A stretch of 64,000 bases of DNA from a candidate division FCPU426 bacterium (GCA_963847625.1 CAWKAR010000040.1:32898-96897), one strand, 5' to 3'. Positions 28,531 through 39,700 are shown, numbered from the stretch's first letter. Notes: generated by a model from the letters alone, not told the origin. Translations and numbers: made by a program.

Positions 28531-28619
28531 CCTCCATACCAGATGATTTTCATGCCGATATGAATGGCACCTCAAATTTGACAGGATTTCCAATGCTTTA
28601 CATAATTCGGTAATTTCCA

Positions 28620-28931
28620 TTACTTAAACAACTTGGAAGTAAATAGTACTTTGAATTTTTTTCTAATTATAAGAATCAAAAGACCCATTCCTAAAAAGAT
28701 CGGAAATGCATAAGTGGAAGGTGTAAATATTAGTATTAAAAGAATTAATCCCAGAATTAAACTTAGGAAGATACCAGCAAATACAAAACCGGCCAAATTT
28801 TCTGCCATCTTAAGTCTGATGACTTCTTTGCCATCATTTTTTATTCCTGTTAGTGTTTTGCATTTAGGACATTTTTCTGTCCACCTTTTGAACTTATATC
28901 CGCATTTAGTACATTTACCATAGCCGGTCAT
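28620..28931 (-). CDS. Small zinc-ribbon membrane protein (AT-rich)
   Basis: CTKCG...CPKC plus two TM segments. GGAGG lies upstream. Confidence 0.6.
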   Translation of the reverse strand: MTGYGKCTKCGYKFKRWTEKCPKCKTLTGIKNDGKEVIRLKMAENLAGFVFAGIFLSLILGLILLILIFTPSTYAFPIFLGMGLLILIIRKKFKVLFTSKLFK

Positions 28932-29004
28932 TTTTCTACGCCTCTTTTCACAAATTGCCTCCCCATATTGGACAAGTTTAGAACTCTTACAAGAAACCCG
29001 TTTT

Positions 29005-29976
29005 TCAAAACCTTAAATTATTAGCCAAATCGTTATTAAACCCTGATAAACCCAGACCGATACACTTTAAGCGCTCATAGCCAAGTAGCCTTAGATACCT
29101 ATCGTGAACCTCTTGAGATGGATCAACAACTATCCACTTACATTTAGGGTTGATTTGAAAGGCGCTGATTATTCTAGATCGAGCTTCTTTGTCGCTATCG
29201 GGCATGGTATAGCCAACGATAATTACATGGGTTGCTTTACACAACCGATCAAAAAATACTTTCCATTGGCACTCAAGGGTTTGTTGGTAAAGTGGGTCCA
29301 TATATTTATATGCGCTCGGTTCAAGAATAACCGGGGTATTTGAATTTTTTGTTTCATTAGCATAATTTCTCCATTCTTGCTGAAGGGAACCGGAAGATCC
29401 GAATTGTAGATATGTCAGCCTTTTTTCGATGATCCACCAATTTATGCCACCGTGCAATTTCAGAAATTCATGCTTTGAGGTATCGGAGCGCCAATTATCT
29501 AGATCAATTAAAAGGTTGGGATTTTTTCGGAATGTGTACCAAAAGGACGATTCAAACAAGCAGTCCCAATTAAAAGACGACCAGGTGGTTAACTTATAAT
29601 TTTCCTCGCAGAATTCCAGCAACGGGTTTAGATGAGCGCCTTGAGAAGATTTACCATCATAGACAGCCTTTTTGATAAGGACATACAGATGCCTTTTAAA
29701 CTTGGGCAAAGCAGAAATATTAATCAGATTATTCAGTTTCGGGTCATTTTCCCAATCTTTTAAAATTGTTAGCATTTCCTCGACGGTTAAACTCTTATCA
29801 GAAGAATCTATATTATGGCCGCGAGGAGTCCAAAATATTTTCTTCAAATTTCTATGAAGCCATTCATCTTGCATTAGATATTCTCTTGCGTGCCTGTCCT
29901 TAAATAAATCGCGCAATGTCGGTACACCAAAATCTGCCGATGCACCAGCGCCAATAATGACTACGGCTTTACTCAT
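29005..29976 (-). CDS. SIR2-like domain protein
   Basis: IIGAGASADFGVP, SFNWDCLFE, LKLHGGINW, IVGYTMPDSD. Confidence 0.85.
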   Translation of the reverse strand: MSKAVVIIGAGASADFGVPTLRDLFKDRHAREYLMQDEWLHRNLKKIFWTPRGHNIDSSDKSLTVEEMLTILKDWENDPKLNNLINISALPKFKRHLYVLIKKAVYDGKSSQGAHLNPLLEFCEENYKLTTWSSFNWDCLFESSFWYTFRKNPNLLIDLDNWRSDTSKHEFLKLHGGINWWIIEKRLTYLQFGSSGSLQQEWRNYANETKNSNTPVILEPSAYKYMDPLYQQTLECQWKVFFDRLCKATHVIIVGYTMPDSDKEARSRIISAFQINPKCKWIVVDPSQEVHDRYLRLLGYERLKCIGLGLSGFNNDLANNLRF

Positions 29977-30007
29977 GAAAACCTCTAGAAGTTACAACAT
30001 TTTTTAT

Positions 30008-30387
30008 CTAATCCCAAACATTTGCAGAAGAAGCATTATAAAATTTGACCTTCAACAAACTTCGCTTACTTGAAAAACTCGTTACTTTTGAAATGATCTG
30101 TTGATTTTCTTCGGAGTCGGGATTTCCAAAAATGCTTACAAATAATTGGGTAACTTTACCTCTTTCTATTAGTTTAACAATGTGATCATCATTTTCTTTA
30201 AAAGCAAAACCAAAGGTAAATAAAATCCCACTTATTTTAGAAAAACTTCTTATGCATCTAGTTAAATAGCCACTGTGGTTTATTTTAGTTATTTTTTCCT
30301 TACTGATTCCTTCGGAAACGAAAAGAGGGTACATGTTCAAACTAATAGCTTTTCGTATTTGTTCCATTAGAGGAATGTTTGTTCTAC
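30008..30387 (-). pseudogene. DUF4917-like gene, 5'-truncated by IS3
   Basis: YPLFVSEG.S.EK..KI..S.YL...LFTFGF....NDDHI matches my recollection of the DUF4917 C-terminal part. The frame runs into the IS end at 30388. Confidence 0.65.
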
Positions 30388-30420
30388 TGACCTTCCCCCA
30401 ATGTTTGATCCAAATTTAAG

Positions 30421-31251
30421 TTAGTTAAGGCCCAACTTTTCGGCCTTTGCTTCCATTGGGGTTTTTCCCCCCAAACTGCTGTGCGGTCTCTGCCAGTTAT
30501 ACACCTGCCTCCACCAATCCACGACTACCTGGGCCTCCGCTTTTGAAAGAAAAATTTCTTGGTTCAGGCACTCATCCCTAAACTTTCCGTTGAAACTTTC
30601 GATGAATCCATTCTGCCATGGACTCCCTGGTTCGATATATAGCACCTCTACGCCCTTCTCCTCAAGCCAGTTCCTCAGTTCTTTCGCCACGAACTCTGGC
30701 CCGTTGTCCACCCGCAGGCACTTTGGTGTCCCGTACTCCGTCATCAACTCGTCCAGCGTCTCCAGCACGTCCCGGCTTCTCATTCGCTTCTCCGCCCGGA
30801 TCTCCAAGCATTCCCTAAATCCTTCATCCAACACCGTCAAAAACTTCACCTTTCCCCCGAACCATGTCAGGTCATGCACGAAGTCCATCGTCCACACCTC
30901 GTTGGAACCCAAAGCCGGGTGGGGCCTTCTCCATTCCGTCGGAACCCTCTTCTTCCTGGGTCTCCTGCGCGGTAATTGAAGCCCTGCTACCTGGTAGAGC
31001 CTCTCCACCCGCTTGTGATTCACATCAAGGCCTCTGCGTTCCAACATCCACAACATCCGAGGGCTTCCGAAACGTCGGTTTCTTTGCGCTAACTTAACCA
31101 TTTCCTGCAGGATCACCTGGTTCAACGGATCTTCTGGCTGGGCCTCATATCGAAAACTCGATCGATTTACCCCAAGAACATCACAGGCTCGTCTTTCCGG
31201 TACTTCCTGAGCCTTCAGGGCTTCCACCATGCCTTTTTGCTCCTCGATCAA
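30421..31251 (-). CDS. IS3 transposase OrfB (DDE integrase core)
   Basis: WTMDF, DNGPEF, PGSPWQNGFIESFNGKFRDE, RPHSSLG. Confidence 0.93.
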   Translation of the reverse strand: MIEEQKGMVEALKAQEVPERRACDVLGVNRSSFRYEAQPEDPLNQVILQEMVKLAQRNRRFGSPRMLWMLERRGLDVNHKRVERLYQVAGLQLPRRRPRKKRVPTEWRRPHPALGSNEVWTMDFVHDLTWFGGKVKFLTVLDEGFRECLEIRAEKRMRSRDVLETLDELMTEYGTPKCLRVDNGPEFVAKELRNWLEEKGVEVLYIEPGSPWQNGFIESFNGKFRDECLNQEIFLSKAEAQVVVDWWRQVYNWQRPHSSLGGKTPMEAKAEKLGLN

Positions 31252-31516
31252 TACCCCTTTTTTTTATGTGCTCTTGGAGAACCTGAATAGCCAGGGCCTG
31301 ATCACCCGCTAACTGCTTGAGTTTCCGGTTTTCTTCTTCCAGCTGTTTGATGCGGTGGACTTCGGAAACTCCAAGGCTTCCGTACATGCGTTTCCAGCGG
31401 TAGTAAGTCTGCTCGGAAATGCCATGCTTTCGGAGAACTTCCTCAACGGCGGGAGCTTTCTCCGCCTCGCGGAGAATAGCCACTATCTGCTCAGATAAAA
31501 ACCGTTTCTTTGCCAT
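31181..31516 (-). CDS. IS3 transposase OrfA (HTH)
   Basis: EQIVAILREAE, HGISEQTYYRWK..YG, LEEENRKLKQL. Confidence 0.9.
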   Translation of the reverse strand: MAKKRFLSEQIVAILREAEKAPAVEEVLRKHGISEQTYYRWKRMYGSLGVSEVHRIKQLEEENRKLKQLAGDQALAIQVLQEHIKKRGIDRGAKRHGGSPEGSGSTGKTSL

Positions 31517-31582
31517 CTTTCCCCTCCCGATCTATAATCCAAAACTAACATATTTTTGGATCAGTTTTCGGGGGAAAGGTCA

Positions 31583-31856
31583 ATATCCCAAGTTGCTCTC
31601 GGACCTGCCGAAGGAAGACCAAAAAAACAGCTTCGACATCGTGGCCATGCACGGGGATTTCAAGAATTTTAAAACCGTGGTTTACGACCTGATGCCGGAC
31701 GGGCAAACCTATTATTTGTTTTCCCGGGGGGAGGATGGGGTTGCTTTCACGCAGGACGACCTGTTCCCCCACATCGACCCCGCTGAAGCCGCCAATATCG
31801 GTTACCGGGAAAGGCCTATGACCCCGGGCGCCGCCGCCCCCACCCCCAATCCCTAA
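31583..31856 (+). pseudogene. 3' remnant of a gene with a GspG/pseudopilin-like C-terminal motif, 5'-truncated by IS3
   Basis: Open frame from the IS end: YPKLLSDL...YYLFSRGEDGVAFTQDD. No convincing start or pilin N-terminus outside the IS. Confidence 0.5.
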
Positions 31857-32050
31857 TACAGACAAAGGTGCCTGGCAAGAATCGCCCCTCGGTTTATAAC
31901 CTCGGGCGGCATGCCTTGTCTACCGGGTTTACCGGCAGGTAAACCGTCCATACCGCCAGGAAATCGCTCCCCCATACCACAAGGTCACCCCCTATCGCTT
32001 ATCCCCCATTAGGTGATAGAGTAAGGCCGCCACCGGCGATCCTCCCAAGG

Positions 32051-34369
32051 ATGGCCCAAGCACTCGGAGGATCCATCAACCAACCCGCAGTTCCCAAGGC
32101 CGTCCGCAAGATCGCCATGCTGGGCAGCCATCTCCCGCGCCTTTGCGGCATCGCCACCTTTACATCCGATCTCAGCGACGCCATCCAAGGCCAATTCCCC
32201 GAACTGGACCTGTTTGTCCTGGCCATGAACGACGGCGAGCGGCGTTACGCCTACCCCGGCCGGGTCCGCTTCGAGCTTGCCGAAAACGACATGGCGTCCT
32301 ACCGGCGCGCGGCGGATTTCCTGAACGTCAACACCGTGGATGTGCTGTGCCTCCAGCACGAATTCGGGATTTTCGGCGGCAAGGCCGGAAGCCATTTGCT
32401 GGCGCTCCTTCGCGAGCTCCGGATGCCCATCGTCACCACCCTCCACACCATCCTGACCAATCCCAATGAATTACAGCGCACGGTCCTGGACGAGGTCACC
32501 CGCCTATCCGAGCGGCTCATCGTCATGACGGCCCACGGCGCCGCCACGCTCCAGGAGGTCCACGGGGTTCCCGCACAAAAGATCGACCTGATCCCCCACG
32601 GCATTCCCACCGTGCCTTTTGACTGCTTGAACAAGGACCGGCTGGGTGTTGAGGGCAAAAAAGTGCTCCTCACCTTCGGGCTTCTCTCGCCGGACAAGGG
32701 GATCGAGAACGTCATCGAGGCCCTGCCGGCCATCCTGGCCAGGCACCCGGACACGGTTTACATCGTTTTGGGCGCCACGCACCCCCACGTCAAGGCTAAC
32801 AACGGGGAAATGTACCGGCTGGGGCTGGAAAACCTCGCGAAGAAGCTGGGCGTGGAATCGAACATCATTTTCCACAACCGGTTCGTCAGCCAGGAGGAAC
32901 TCACCGAATTCCTCTCCGCGGCCGACATCTACGTCACGCCCTATCTTAATAAGGAGCAGACCACCTCGGGCACCTTGGCCTACGCCATGGGGTCGGGCCG
33001 AGCGGTCGTTTCCACGCCCTACTGGCACGCGAACGAGCTTCTCGCCGACGGGAGGGGCGTCCTGGTCCCCTGGAAAGACCCGGGAGCCATCGCCGCCGCC
33101 GTGAACGACCTCCTGTCCGACGACGTCAAAAGGCTCGCCATGCGCCGGCGCGCCGCCGACCTGGGAAAGGAAATGCTCTGGGGCGCGGTGGGGCGCCGTT
33201 ATTTGAAAAGTTTCGACCAGGCCCGCGCCGGGCACGCCGCCAGGCTCAAGTCCGTGTTCCAGGCCAGGACGCTCGTGGAGAGGCCCGCCGATTGGCCCGA
33301 AATCAATCTGGAGCACCTCCGGCTCATGACGGACGGGACCGGGTTGCTTCAGCACGCGGCCTTCAGCATCCCGCGCTACGAGGACGGCTACTGCCTGGAC
33401 GACAACGCCCGGGCCCTGCTCTTGATGACCCTGATTGACGACGCCGGCATTACCAACGGCGATAAAACGCGCGAGCTGGCCTCCCGTTACCTGGCCTTCG
33501 TGAACCACGCCTTCAACCCGGAGAAGGGGCGGTTCCGGAATTTCCTGCCCTACTCCCGGCAATGGGAAGAAGCATGCGGCTCGGAGGAGAGCCACGGGCG
33601 CGCCCTCTGGGCGCTGGGGAGCGTCGTGGGAAGGGCTTTTGACCCGGGGCGCTTGAGCTTGAGCAGCGGCCTTCTCCATTCGGCATTGCCCGCGGTGGAG
33701 GGCTTTTCCAGCCCGCGCGCCTGGGCTTTCACGCTCCTGGGAATCGACGAATACCTGCGCGCCTTCGAGGGCGACCGCGGCGTGCAGTCGGTGAGGAAAA
33801 CCATCGCGGAGCGGCTCCTGGGGCTTTACCAACGGACCCGGAAAGGCGACTGGCCCTGGTTCGAGGACAAGGTGACTTACTGCAACGCGCGGCTTTCCCA
33901 GGCGCTGATCGTCTCGGGAAGCTGGATGGAGGACAAAACCATGATCGAGGCCGGTTTGGAATCGCTCGCCTGGCTGGTTTCCATCCAGCTCTCGGAGGAC
34001 GGCGTTTTCGCCCCGGTCGGTTCGAACGGCTTTTACGCTAAGGGCGGGCCCAAAGCCGCCTTCGACCAGCAACCCGTGGAAGCCTGCGGAATGGTTTCGG
34101 CCTGCCTGGAGGCGCGCCGGGTGACGGGGGACGGCCAATGGATGGAACAGGCGCGCCGCGCCTTCAACTGGTTCCTGGGGGAAAACCAGCTCCAGCAACC
34201 CCTTTACGACGTGACGACCGGCGGGTGCTGCGACGGGCTTCATGCCGACCGCGTGAACGAGAACCAGGGCGCCGAATCGACGCTCTCCTTCCTGCTCGCG
34301 CTATGCGAGATGCAATCCGCCGACGGCACCGGCGGGGCGAAACCATTAAAACGGGGGGCAAGGCGATGA
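32051..34369 (+). CDS. GT4 glycosyltransferase fused to a C-terminal alpha/alpha-barrel-like domain
   Basis: PRLCGIATFT, LQHEFGIFGG, TFGLLSPDKGIE, SGTLAYA, GYCLDDNARAL, FDQQPVEA, NQGAEST. Confidence 0.9.
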   Translation: MAQALGGSINQPAVPKAVRKIAMLGSHLPRLCGIATFTSDLSDAIQGQFPELDLFVLAMNDGERRYAYPGRVRFELAENDMASYRRAADFLNVNTVDVLCLQHEFGIFGGKAGSHLLALLRELRMPIVTTLHTILTNPNELQRTVLDEVTRLSERLIVMTAHGAATLQEVHGVPAQKIDLIPHGIPTVPFDCLNKDRLGVEGKKVLLTFGLLSPDKGIENVIEALPAILARHPDTVYIVLGATHPHVKANNGEMYRLGLENLAKKLGVESNIIFHNRFVSQEELTEFLSAADIYVTPYLNKEQTTSGTLAYAMGSGRAVVSTPYWHANELLADGRGVLVPWKDPGAIAAAVNDLLSDDVKRLAMRRRAADLGKEMLWGAVGRRYLKSFDQARAGHAARLKSVFQARTLVERPADWPEINLEHLRLMTDGTGLLQHAAFSIPRYEDGYCLDDNARALLLMTLIDDAGITNGDKTRELASRYLAFVNHAFNPEKGRFRNFLPYSRQWEEACGSEESHGRALWALGSVVGRAFDPGRLSLSSGLLHSALPAVEGFSSPRAWAFTLLGIDEYLRAFEGDRGVQSVRKTIAERLLGLYQRTRKGDWPWFEDKVTYCNARLSQALIVSGSWMEDKTMIEAGLESLAWLVSIQLSEDGVFAPVGSNGFYAKGGPKAAFDQQPVEACGMVSACLEARRVTGDGQWMEQARRAFNWFLGENQLQQPLYDVTTGGCCDGLHADRVNENQGAESTLSFLLALCEMQSADGTGGAKPLKRGARR

Positions 34370-35325
34370 TTTCAAATAAAGGTTACGAGGTTTTATTCAA
34401 CCGGCACGCGAAAAACCCGGTCTTAACGGCGGCAGACTGGCCCTATCCGGTCCACACGATCTTCAATCCCGGCGTGACGCGGCTCCAGGACGGCACGACG
34501 TTATTGCTCTGCAGGGCCGAGGACCGCCGGGGGCACTCGCACTTCTGCGCGGCCCGCTCGAAAAACGGGATCGACGGATGGGTCATCGACGAAAAACCCA
34601 CCCTCCTCCCGGACCCGAAGGGCCACCCGGAGGAACTCTGGGGCATCGAGGACCCGCGCATCACTTTTCTCAAGGAAACCGGCAATTACCTGGTGGCCTA
34701 CACCGCTTTCAGCAAGGGGGGGCCGGGCGTGGCCCTGGCGGAAACCTCGGATTTCCGGTCCTTCAAACGCTATGGGTTGGTGATGCAGCCCGATGACAAG
34801 GACGCGGCCCTGCTTCCACGACGCATCGACGGCAGTTTCGCGCTCATTCACCGCCCCATGACCGAATCGGGGGCCCATATCTGGATTTCCTATTCGCCCG
34901 ACCTCCAAAACTGGGGGAACCACAAGCTTGCCCTGCCGGCGCGGCGGGGTTCCTGGTGGGACGCGAACAAGGTCGGGCTTGCGGGGCCCCTGATTGAGAC
35001 GCCCCGGGGGTGGCTGATGCTTTATCACGGCGTCCGGCAAACGGCTTCGGGATGCATTTACCGCCTGGGCGCGGCGCTCATGGCCCTGGATAAGCCGGAA
35101 CAATGCCTGCTCAGGGGCGATTCGTGGATTTTCAGCCCCGAGGCCCCCTACGAGCACGAGGGCGACGTGGGCAACGTGGTATTTCCCTGCGGCCAGACCA
35201 TCGGCGAGGATGGGGACACGATCAATCTTTATTACGGCGCGGCGGACACCAGCATCGCGCTGGCCACCGGATCCATATGCCGGATTTTATGCTGGCTGGA
35301 TGAACATGGAAGGGATACCGCCTAA
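34366..35325 (+). CDS. GH130-family glycosidase/phosphorylase
   Basis: FNPG, GIEDPR, KDAAL, HRP, WLMLYHGV, NVVFPCG, YYGAADT. ATG at 34366 overlaps the GT4 stop (ATGA). Confidence 0.88.
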   Translation: MISNKGYEVLFNRHAKNPVLTAADWPYPVHTIFNPGVTRLQDGTTLLLCRAEDRRGHSHFCAARSKNGIDGWVIDEKPTLLPDPKGHPEELWGIEDPRITFLKETGNYLVAYTAFSKGGPGVALAETSDFRSFKRYGLVMQPDDKDAALLPRRIDGSFALIHRPMTESGAHIWISYSPDLQNWGNHKLALPARRGSWWDANKVGLAGPLIETPRGWLMLYHGVRQTASGCIYRLGAALMALDKPEQCLLRGDSWIFSPEAPYEHEGDVGNVVFPCGQTIGEDGDTINLYYGAADTSIALATGSICRILCWLDEHGRDTA

Positions 35326-35678
35326 TGGGAAGCCGCCATGCGGTAATAGGGTGTCGATAGGCGGACCCGGCTAAAAGCCAACTTTGAATAATTATGAATT
35401 TTTAATTCTAAATAAATGGGTAGATTAAAGGCGGATTGAAGATTACTGATCTTTTAATTAGTTATTTTTCAATATTCAAAACAAGCCCCAATGGTTTATA
35501 GACCCCAACATTAAACCCAGCAACACACCTGCACTGCGTAATAGGCAGAACTCAAAACTAACATATTTTGGGGGTGTATTTTCCCTTCATCCGGCAAAAA
35601 ACACCATCCGGGATGTGCCTGGGAAGGGACGAAACAACCGTTTTGGGCAAGTCTGTTAGCCCAAATGAAAAATTTGGG

Positions 35679-36350
35679 CTAGGCGACTCTGTGGTCTTCG
35701 CGAACAATAGTGCGAAAGCCCCCGTCCTGGCTGGAACGCCAATCTTTCGGCGGTTTGATCGACTTCAGGCGGTCGAGCTGGCCAATGTTGCTCAGCCGCT
35801 GATAGATGAGCTGCCAGGCGCACGGCCGTTCCGGACTGACTTCGCACCGGTCTTCCCGCGAGCCGCCGCAGGGGCCGTTCATCATATGTTTGGCGCAACG
35901 GGTCACCGGGCAGACCCCGCCATACTGGTGCAAAACGCAGGCGCCGCAGGCGGCGCATTTTTCGGCCCAGACGCCCCGTTCCTCGAGGATGCCGATGAAT
36001 GCGGTATCCAACCCCGCATAAACCGGTTTGGCCGTGTAACGTTCCGCAAGGGCCTGCACTCCGGCGCCGCAACCCAGGGAGAGAACGGCGTCGTTTCTCC
36101 CGATGGCCTCGGCCGCCTGTTCCAGAAAAACGTTGTCGCACTGCCGCTCGATGGTCAATTCCTCCACCTGAAGCGGAAGGCCCTTGAGTTTCGCCGACAT
36201 CCGCAACGCGGAAGCGATGATGCCGACTTCGCGCTGGCCCCCGGCCAGGCAGACGGTGACGCACGTGCCGCAGCCGAGGACGAGAACATTTTTATGCCCT
36301 TTAACGATATCCATCAGGTCTGGTATTTTTTTTCTCTGGGCGACGATCAT
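35679..36350 (-). CDS. metV: MetV-like methylene-THF reductase Fe-S/Zn subunit
   Basis: GCGTCVTVC..GG, RQC, CGAGVQ, CAACGAC, CPVTRCAK...NGPCGG, CAWQLIY. Confidence 0.88.
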   Translation of the reverse strand: MIVAQRKKIPDLMDIVKGHKNVLVLGCGTCVTVCLAGGQREVGIIASALRMSAKLKGLPLQVEELTIERQCDNVFLEQAAEAIGRNDAVLSLGCGAGVQALAERYTAKPVYAGLDTAFIGILEERGVWAEKCAACGACVLHQYGGVCPVTRCAKHMMNGPCGGSREDRCEVSPERPCAWQLIYQRLSNIGQLDRLKSIKPPKDWRSSQDGGFRTIVREDHRVA

Positions 36351-36793
36351 TGGAGGCTCTCCTTTTTTGATGCACCGTGAGGTTTGAGCGGACTTGGACC
36401 AAGCTTACGGACCGTATCCACCATGTCAATAAAATGATCAGCCAACGGACGCGCCATCGCGGCGGACACATTGACCATCCGCAAACGTTCCGGTTCAATT
36501 CCAATTTCCTGGAGCATTTCCTTTGTGTAATTGACCCGGCGTTTGGCGCACAGATTACCCTCGACAAAATGGCAGCCCCCTTCGAGGCAGCCCGCGACGA
36601 ATACCCCATCCGCGCCGTTTTCAAAGGCTTTCATAAAATATTCCGTCTCCAGCCGGCCCGTGCAAGGCGTGCGGATGATCCGCACGTTGGGAGGGTACTG
36701 AATGCGCATGGTCCCGGCCAGGTCCGCCGAGGAGTAGGCGCAGTAGTGGCAGCAGAAGGCCAGTATCTTAGGTTCGAACGAGTTTTTCGTCAT
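36347..36793 (-). CDS. mvhD: MvhD-type [2Fe-2S] subunit
   Basis: FCCHYCAY..ADLAG, PCTGR, GADGV..AGC..GGCHF..GN. Confidence 0.92.
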   Translation of the reverse strand: MTKNSFEPKILAFCCHYCAYSSADLAGTMRIQYPPNVRIIRTPCTGRLETEYFMKAFENGADGVFVAGCLEGGCHFVEGNLCAKRRVNYTKEMLQEIGIEPERLRMVNVSAAMARPLADHFIDMVDTVRKLGPSPLKPHGASKKESLQ

Positions 36794-39700
36794 GGGAAAT
36801 GCCGTTTCCTTCTTCCGCGAATAATTGGCGGATCATCACGTTGAACTGATCGGTCTCGAAATGATTGAGCTGAATGGCCCGCGCCGGACATTCCGACGCG
36901 CAAATACCGCACCCCATGCATTTGGCGGCTTCGATCTGCCCCTTGCCGTCCTTATTGGCGAACGGCGCTGAATAGGGGCAGACCGTCACGCAGGTCATGC
37001 AGGAGATGCACTTCTGCTGGTTCACATAGGAAACCTGCGCGCTGACATCAAGCACGGTCTTGGAAAGCACGGTAGCCGCCCTAGCCGCGGCGGCGCGGGC
37101 CTGGGAAATATTCTCGTCGATGAATTTGGGCGAATGGGCCAGTCCGCAGAGGAATATGCCCTCGGTGGTGAAATCCACCGGCCGCAGTTTCATGTGCGCC
37201 TCGACGTAGAAACCGTCGGCGTTCAAAGGCACCTTGAGCATGTCGGAAAGGCGCTTGTTGTTGTCCCGGTCGGGCTCGATGCCCGTGCTCAAGACGACAT
37301 TGTCCGCCTCGATTTGGAGCGGTTCCGGAAGGTCGGGGCTGTTGACCGTGACCACCAGAGCGTTATCCCCGCCGACCTGGGGCGGGGAATCCGGCGTGAA
37401 GCGGATAAAAATAACGCCGGCTTCACGGGCCTGTTTGAAATAGACCTCCCGAAAACCGTACGTTCGCACGTCCCGGTAAAGCACATAGACATTCGCTCCC
37501 GGGTCGCGTTTCTTGATTTCCAACGCGTTCTTGACAGCCCGGCTGCAGCAAACCCGGCTGCAATAGGGATGTTGGTCGTTCCGGGAGCCGACGCACTGGA
37601 TCATGACGACGTTCTGCGATCGCGCGGGATACTGGTCTTCGTGAAGCCGTTTTTCCAGTTCCGACTGGGTCAGGACGTCCTTCGAGCGCCCGTAAAGGAA
37701 ATCGGTTGTCTCCGCTTTGCGCGCCCCGGTAGCCACGATGACCGCCCCGCCGGTCACCTCGCTCGTTTTGCCGTTCTGGGCCATCTTGACCAGGAATTTG
37801 CCGACATGTCCGGCGATCGAAGTGATTTCGGCCCCGAGGTAAAGCGTGATGTTCGGGTGTTTTTTGACTTTATTTTCCAGGGCTTCGGCGAATTCGCCGA
37901 TGTTCCCGTGCTCAAGCGTATTGACAATGTCGCGCAGGGTCCCGCCCAGCCGATCGGTTTTTTCGATCAGTTGCACTTTGAATCCCTGGTCCCCCAGAGC
38001 CAAGGCGGCGGTCATGCCGGCAAGGCCCCCGCCGATGACAAGGCCGGCCGGGTTGACTTTTAGAGTGCCGTTTTCGAGGGGACGCAAGCGCCGCGCCCGC
38101 GCAATGGCCATTTTGACAAGTTCCACGGCTTTCTGGGTGGCCGCCTCCGGTTGCGAGGAATGCACCCAGGAGCACTGGTCCCGGATGTTGGCCAACTCGA
38201 AAAGATAGGGGTTCAATCCCGCTTCCCGCAGGGTCTCCCGGAACAACGGTTCATGGGTGCGCGGGGTGCAGGAGGCCACCACGATCCGGTTCAGGCGATG
38301 TTCCCGGATCTTCTCCTTGATGTTCGACAAACTCGTATCCGAACAGGTGAACATCGTATGGGACGCGAATACCACCTGGGGCAGGTTCCCGATGTTTTTA
38401 ACCACCCGCTCAACGTCCACCACCGAAGCGATGTTCATGCCGCAATGGCAGACAAAGACGCCGATCCTTGGGTCCTCGTCGGAAATGTCGTGCTCGTCGG
38501 GGTAGCTTTTCCGTGTGACGAGGGAGTTGCGGGCCGGCGCCAATAGCTCCATGGCCATGGAGGCCGCGGCGCTGGCCTGCGTCACCGTTTCCGGGATGTC
38601 CTTGGGTTCCTGGAAGGCCCCGCCGACGAACACCCCCTCCCGGGACGTCGAGAGAGGCAGCAACCGGTCCGTCTTGCAGAACCCGAATTCATTCAGCTCA
38701 ATGCCCAGGCGCTCGGACAAATCCGGCATGGACGCGGGCGGTTCCATCCCGACGGAAAGAACAACGAGGTCAAAATCCCTGGACTGAACCTGGCCGTTTT
38801 CACCCAGATAATTAAGCCGAAGGTCCTTGCTTCCGGGGACTTGAACGACCCGGGACGGAATGCTCTTGATATAGGAAATGTTTTTCTGGGCCCTGGCGCG
38901 TTCGTAATACTGGTCAAAATCCTTGCCGAAGGCCCGGATGTCCATGTAAAAAATGGTTGCGTCGAGGCCATCCACGTGGTCCCCCGCGACCAGGGCTTGC
39001 TTGGTCGCCATCATGCAGCAGATCGAGGAGCAGTAGTCGTTGCCGCAGGAGGAATCCCGGGAACCGACGCACTGGATCCAGGCGATCCGCCGGGCCGGCC
39101 CGCCGTCGGAAAGACGGATGAGGTGCCCCTCGAAGGGGCCCGCGGCGCTCAGCATCCGCTCGAACTGGACGCTGGTGACCACGTTGGAATACCGCCCGTA
39201 CCCGTATTCTCCTTTTCGGGTCGCGTCGAACTCCTTAAAACCGGGGGTCAGGAGGACCGAACCAACTTCCAAAGTGACAGTGCGCGGTTTCATCGCGTGG
39301 TCGATGGCGTGCTGCTCGCACTTTTCCACGCATTGGTTGCACTCCGAGCAGAGGGCGCAATTGAGGCAGCGCTCGGCCTCGGCGACGGCTTGCTCTTCGG
39401 TGAGCCCTTTTTCGACTTCCACGAAATGACGCATCCGGCCGGCCGGTTCCAATTCTTCGGGCCGGGCGCGGACTTTTTTCTCCACGTTTTCCACCGAAGG
39501 GAGCAAGTCTTCGGGAAGCGATCGAAGCGAATCCTCGAAACGATCGCCCCGCATGTCCTTTCCGTCCAGGTATCGCGCGATGGACTCCGCGGCCCTTTTG
39601 CCGGCGGCCACGGCGTCGATGACGGCCGCCGGGCCCAAGACGTTGTCGCCCCCGGCGAAAACGCCTTCCACCGAGGTTTGCCCGGTGACCGGGTCGGCTT

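Larger units (their letters stand above)
30388..31582 (-). mobile_element. IS3-family insertion sequence (~1195 bp)
   Basis: Terminal IRs TGACCTTCCCCCAATGTTTGATCCAAA and (reverse complement) TGACCTTTCCCCCGAAAACTGATCCAAA, with TG...CA ends and orfA/orfB. Confidence 0.92.
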
